NCBI GenBank assembly: GCA_944393745.1
Contig: CALYBD010000007.1
Location: 561 to 64,560, forward strand
Length of the DNA: 64,000 nucleotides
Direction: 5' to 3'
Source: an uncultured Alphaproteobacteria bacterium
GTDB taxonomy: Bacteria; Pseudomonadota; Alphaproteobacteria; CAAGCB01; CAG-977
Of the stretch, positions 60,447 through 64,000 are shown in pieces (positions within the stretch are counted from its first letter, which is position 1; each line of letters opens with the position of its first letter). The notes below the pieces were generated by a model, which was not told the origin of the DNA, made no database searches, and worked only from the letters and a program-made list of their open reading frames with translations. Both the position numbers and the translations under genes were made by a program.

Positions 60447-61340
60447 ATGTATTTGTCCGCGCGGGAAACCGCCGAAAAATGGAGCATATCGGAAAAGCGC
60501 GTGCGCGTCTTGTGCCGCGAAAACCGCATTGCGGGGGCGGTTCAATCGGGGCGCGGCTGGCTGATCCCCTCCGACGCGGTCAAACCCGCCGACGCCCGTT
60601 TAAAAAAAGCGGAAAGCCTCCTTTCCTTGATTGACGATAAGAAAGCCGACTTGGACGCGTGCCGACCGCTGACCGAGGGCGAAGCCGAACGGCTGGCGCA
60701 GGAGTTTGTCGTTGAATACACTTACAACTCCAACGCGATAGAGGGCAACACGCTGACCTTACGCGAAACGGATCTGGTGTTACGCGGCTTGACCATCGGC
60801 GAAAAACCGCTGAAAGACCACTTGGAAGTTGTCGGACACAAGGAAGCTTTTGACTATATCCGCGAACTGGTGCGGGAAAAGCAGCCGCTGACCGAAACCG
60901 TCATTAAGCAGATTCACTACCTTGTTTTGGCGGACAAAAAGGACGATCGGGGCATTTACCGCCGCATTCCCGTTTATATCGCGGGGGCGAAAACCGCACC
61001 TGCCCAACCGTACTTGATTGCGCCTAAAACGGAGCAGCTGCTTGCCGCTTATCAAAACGACAAAGGGCATATCGTTTCCCGCTTGGCGCGGTTACATCTG
61101 GAATTTGAATCGATCCACCCGTTCATTGACGGCAACGGCCGGACGGGACGACTGATCGTCAATCTGGAATTGATGAAAGCGGGCTTTCCGCCGATCGACA
61201 TCAAATTCACCGACCGCAAAGCGTATTATAACGCCTTTGACACTTATGCCGGAAAACAGTCCGTTTCGGCGATGGAAAACCTGTTCGCCCGTTATTTGAA
61301 CGAACGGCTGGACGTTTATTTAAATATGCTGAAAGGTTGA
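60447..61340 (+). CDS. Fic family protein with N-terminal excisionase-like HTH
   Basis: MYLSARETAEKWSISEKRVRVLCRE..I.GA...GRGWLIP HTH; SNAIEGN inhibitory motif; HPFIDGNGRTGR Fic motif. Confidence 0.93.
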   Translation: MYLSARETAEKWSISEKRVRVLCRENRIAGAVQSGRGWLIPSDAVKPADARLKKAESLLSLIDDKKADLDACRPLTEGEAERLAQEFVVEYTYNSNAIEGNTLTLRETDLVLRGLTIGEKPLKDHLEVVGHKEAFDYIRELVREKQPLTETVIKQIHYLVLADKKDDRGIYRRIPVYIAGAKTAPAQPYLIAPKTEQLLAAYQNDKGHIVSRLARLHLEFESIHPFIDGNGRTGRLIVNLELMKAGFPPIDIKFTDRKAYYNAFDTYAGKQSVSAMENLFARYLNERLDVYLNMLKG

Positions 61341-61831
61341 AAAAAATGCCCGAATGTTTCGCCCCGTCCGTCGATTCGACCTGCTCCAAATTGATTTTGG
61401 GGTCGATGCCGGGGGTAAAATCGCTGGAACAAGCGCAGTATTACGCCCACCCGCAAAACGCGTTCTGGCGGATTATGGCAAAGCTGTTCGGCGCGCCCTA
61501 CCCGTTCGCTTCGTATGACGACAAGCTGAATTTGCTCTTGTCGCACCATATTGCCTTGTGGGACGTGATTTCGACCTGCGCCCGCAACGGCAGCTTGGAT
61601 TCCGATATCCGCAACGCCGTCCCGAACGATTTTGAACGCTTTTTCAAACAATATCCGCAGATAAAGACCGTGTTTTTCAACGGGCAAAAAGCGCACGACA
61701 GCTTTATAAAAGCGTTCAAAACCGCACCGTTTGCCACCACGCTGACGCTTGTTCCCCTGCCGTCCACCTCGCCCGCTAACGCGCACTTGTCGTTCGACGA
61801 CAAGTTAAAGGCGTGGAGCGTGTTGTTGTAA
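61337..61831 (+). CDS. DNA-deoxyinosine glycosylase (UDG superfamily, family 6 HDG-like)
   Basis: LILGSMPG..SL..QYYAHPQNAFW, IALWDV, FFNG, LPSTSPAN. Confidence 0.88.
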   Translation: MKKMPECFAPSVDSTCSKLILGSMPGVKSLEQAQYYAHPQNAFWRIMAKLFGAPYPFASYDDKLNLLLSHHIALWDVISTCARNGSLDSDIRNAVPNDFERFFKQYPQIKTVFFNGQKAHDSFIKAFKTAPFATTLTLVPLPSTSPANAHLSFDDKLKAWSVLL

Positions 61832-61832
61832 C

Positions 61833-61860
61833 GGGAGAAAATGACCTTCATTTTTCCCTT
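61833..61860. terminator. Hairpin between the convergent Fic-HDG and darTG units
   Basis: GGGAGAAAATGA-cct-TCATTTTTCCC. Confidence 0.6.
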
Positions 61861-61886
61861 ACAGCTTTGCGCCTTGAAATAAGTTT

Positions 61887-62579
61887 TTAGAGTAAATCTC
61901 TCTGCTTTCTTAATTCTCTTTCTTTTCGGATATATTCGTCTTTGACGATTTCTTTAAAGTTTTCTTTGCTGTCAAGCGCTTTTTCCAACATCCCGTTTTT
62001 CACAAGTGATACATACAACGCCACCGAATAGGCTTGACAATTCCATGACTTTTCAGGATTAAACTCTATATCTGTAAACGCTTCATAGTTCAAAACGAAT
62101 TGCCGTAAGCCATTATTTTTATTCAAAGCATTTATGTACAACCAATCGTAAAAAGACGTTGGGGGATTCAGTTCAAATCTGTCATTAAAAAATTGAAAGC
62201 AAACCAACTTTCCCGATTTTCTCAACCGCTCATCTTTTTTAGCTTCTATCGGTTTTTTGTCATATAGATCCACAAACGGACCAGCAAGCTCAAACGTTTT
62301 GCTTCCTTGAAAAGCCGTTTCAATCGTCAAAATTCGCCCTTTATTGGTTGTAAATGACAAATTAAACGCACTAAGCGCAATACCTTCCTCCGTCAAAGAT
62401 TTCGAGGACACTTCCAAAATCGACTTAATCTTCCTTTGCTCCCAAGCCGCTTCATGTAATGCCTGAATGTTTTTTTGTTTTTGGGATACTGCGAAACCGG
62501 CAGCCCATTTAAACTCTATCTCAATTTCCGAAACACCGACTTTTTTAGTCATAGGAACATATATTTTTCGTTCAGCCAT
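61887..62579 (-). CDS. darG: DarT1-associated NADAR antitoxin (DarG1)
   Basis: EFKW..GF..SQKQK.I..LH, ILEVSSKS, LSAFNL, E.AFQGSK.F, FYDWLYINAL, FTDIEFNP.KS.NCQA. Confidence 0.85.
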   Translation of the reverse strand: MAERKIYVPMTKKVGVSEIEIEFKWAAGFAVSQKQKNIQALHEAAWEQRKIKSILEVSSKSLTEEGIALSAFNLSFTTNKGRILTIETAFQGSKTFELAGPFVDLYDKKPIEAKKDERLRKSGKLVCFQFFNDRFELNPPTSFYDWLYINALNKNNGLRQFVLNYEAFTDIEFNPEKSWNCQAYSVALYVSLVKNGMLEKALDSKENFKEIVKDEYIRKERELRKQRDLL

Positions 62580-62595
62580 AACCCCTTAACCCTCT

Positions 62596-63681
62596 TTAAA
62601 AAGGAATATCATCAAATGAGGATGTTGTATCCTGATGAACTTCCATTTGCACGCTTTTTGTGTTTTCCCAAAAATCTTTTTCCGGCTTTTTGCAACGCCG
62701 CATAAAATCGTTCTCCGGACATCTTTTCCACTCTATATTTTGATATTTTTCCCAAACCTTTTTTATTTCAGAACTCCAATCATTTTCAAACACATATACA
62801 CCGGTAATATATTCCGGTTCAATTTTTCCCATTACAAGAACTTCGGCTTGGTTATGCGTCGGAATATTCTGTTTGATAAATCCGTCCGCATACAGTTTTT
62901 CCAAATCCGCTCTTGTATGCATTTTATCATAATCGCCGAACATTTGCTCAAAAGCTTCCACTGCGCGTCTGAAATGGTTCCAAGCAACTTTTCCCGAAGC
63001 GGCGTTTTCTTTACAAAACAAACACTCTTTTTCCCACAGCACGTCCGGCTTTATTTTTAAAATCACATAATTCCTATCAAGATTGCTACTTTTAAACTTA
63101 TACAGCAACGGCGCATTAGGAAGTGTAATTGAACAACTGATACCGTTCAAACAAAAATCCAAACGTTCTTCATCATTTACAGATGCCTTTATCATCTGTT
63201 TTTCCATTTCATCGCGCGAAAGTATTCCGTTTTTCAGAATGCTTCCCAAATTATCAACCGACGTAAAGTGAAGAAGCTCTTTAATATTTCTCAAATTAAC
63301 GATATTCTTTATTTTTTCTCGTCCTTGTCTTAACTCTTCTGCCTTTTCTCGCTCAATTCGTTCAATTCTCTCTTGTTCAAGTTTTACTCTTTCCGCTTCC
63401 TGTAATTTGTAGCGCTCCCACTTTTCTTTTTCCTCCCTCTCTTTTTCTTTTTTCAGTTTTTGCATATCTTTTTCACGCTTTTCAAGCTGCTCTTGCTGCA
63501 ACCTTTTAAATTCAACAGAATCCGATGAAAAAAGTTCCGGAATATCCGACAAAGCAAAACGCGCATCTTTACCACTGTCAAAGTGCATTACTATGTAAGT
63601 TCCGTATTGTTTTTCCTCTATATTAACAACACTTCCACTTCCCAAAGTTTCGTGAAAAACCGTTGCCCCTATAATCCCCAT
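62596..63681 (-). CDS. darT: DarT (DUF4433) ssDNA ADP-ribosyltransferase toxin, DarT1 type, with N- and C-terminal extensions
   Basis: LLHFTSVDNLGSILKNGILSR, D..RLD, NAAS, QAEVLV catalytic Glu; immediately upstream of the NADAR gene. Confidence 0.85.
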   Translation of the reverse strand: MGIIGATVFHETLGSGSVVNIEEKQYGTYIVMHFDSGKDARFALSDIPELFSSDSVEFKRLQQEQLEKREKDMQKLKKEKEREEKEKWERYKLQEAERVKLEQERIERIEREKAEELRQGREKIKNIVNLRNIKELLHFTSVDNLGSILKNGILSRDEMEKQMIKASVNDEERLDFCLNGISCSITLPNAPLLYKFKSSNLDRNYVILKIKPDVLWEKECLFCKENAASGKVAWNHFRRAVEAFEQMFGDYDKMHTRADLEKLYADGFIKQNIPTHNQAEVLVMGKIEPEYITGVYVFENDWSSEIKKVWEKYQNIEWKRCPENDFMRRCKKPEKDFWENTKSVQMEVHQDTTSSFDDIPF

Positions 63682-63693
63682 CTTATCCCCCTT

Positions 63694-64000
63694 TTATCCT
63701 TTGTTATTTGCATCGAGCAGTTCTTTTACGGAATCGCACAACTGCTTGGCTGAAAAAGCCCCTTTATTAAAATCGTTTAACAGTTTTTCTATTTTTCCGT
63801 TCAGTGCGCGCAATTTTTCCCCTTGTTTTTCCACCGCTTCGACGGACGGGACTTTTTCCAACGCTTTTGTTATTTCCGCTGTGGTTTGTTCATATTTCTG
63901 CTTCTTTGAATACGATCCGAACGTCATCGTTGCGGGGATTGCAACTACCGCAAAAATTCCGCCAAGCGCACATACACCGCCCAGCATCCCCAACCCGCCG
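63694..64000 (-). CDS. 3' end of an unknown protein: Gly-rich hydrophobic segment followed by a coiled coil (truncated by window end)
   Basis: Frame open to the window end: GGLGMLGGVCALGGIFAVVAIPA then KKQKYEQTTAEITKALEK...; stop 12 nt before darT with a GGGGGA RBS in the gap. Confidence 0.7.
   Translation of the reverse strand, partial: GGLGMLGGVCALGGIFAVVAIPATMTFGSYSKKQKYEQTTAEITKALEKVPSVEAVEKQGEKLRALNGKIEKLLNDFNKGAFSAKQLCDSVKELLDANNKG

Noticed and set aside
60447-60620. Excisionase-like HTH taken as evidence of a prophage or ICE
   Set aside because: It is fused to Fic; no integrase, att duplication or phage genes appear in the window.
529-63271. Many 60-220 aa ORFs in the track antisense to or nested within recognised genes (e.g. 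893..1327, 14804..15076, 28887..29375, 38403..39068, 40914..41531, 61316..61786, 62635..63060)
   Set aside because: Shadow ORFs of well-supported genes; no RBS, motif or protein-like composition.

Overview
Mostly housekeeping chromosome of an alphaproteobacterium. Evidence: the chvI-chvG-hprK-rapZ-EIIA-HPr-EI cluster, TIGR02300/aroA/cmk, yfgM-bamB-der, fabI-aroC, DUF2125 and miaB-phoH-ybeY-lnt. A small-genome, anaerobic, gut-type Rhodospirillales-related lineage is inferred, not proven. Several conserved alphaproteobacterial neighbourhoods have lost a member or gained one: tyrC, corC and rpsA are absent from their usual positions, an M16 peptidase-like gene sits antisense inside the miaB-phoH operon, and an ankyrin protein follows ptsI. 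Features missed by the ORF track include a complete Trp attenuator (leader MMRRTENILPTGQNWWWLS) in front of a stand-alone trpB, a second DUF465 gene, a partial DedA/YqaA gene and a frameshifted DUF2628-like gene. An anaerobe-type IscU-like + GGGtGRT pair of unknown function lies divergent from an iron-sulfur flavoprotein. The last ~3.7 kb is an accessory, defence-like island: HTH-Fic plus a deoxyinosine glycosylase, converging on an AT-rich operon of unknown membrane/coiled-coil gene (truncated by the window end), darT1 and darG1 (NADAR). The DarT1 has unusual additions: an N-terminal SH3/Tudor-like module, a charged coiled coil, and a C-terminal SSB-tail-like motif (FDDIPF). No rRNA, tRNA, CRISPR array, integrase or transposase was recognised. 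All family calls come from motif recognition by eye, not database searches.
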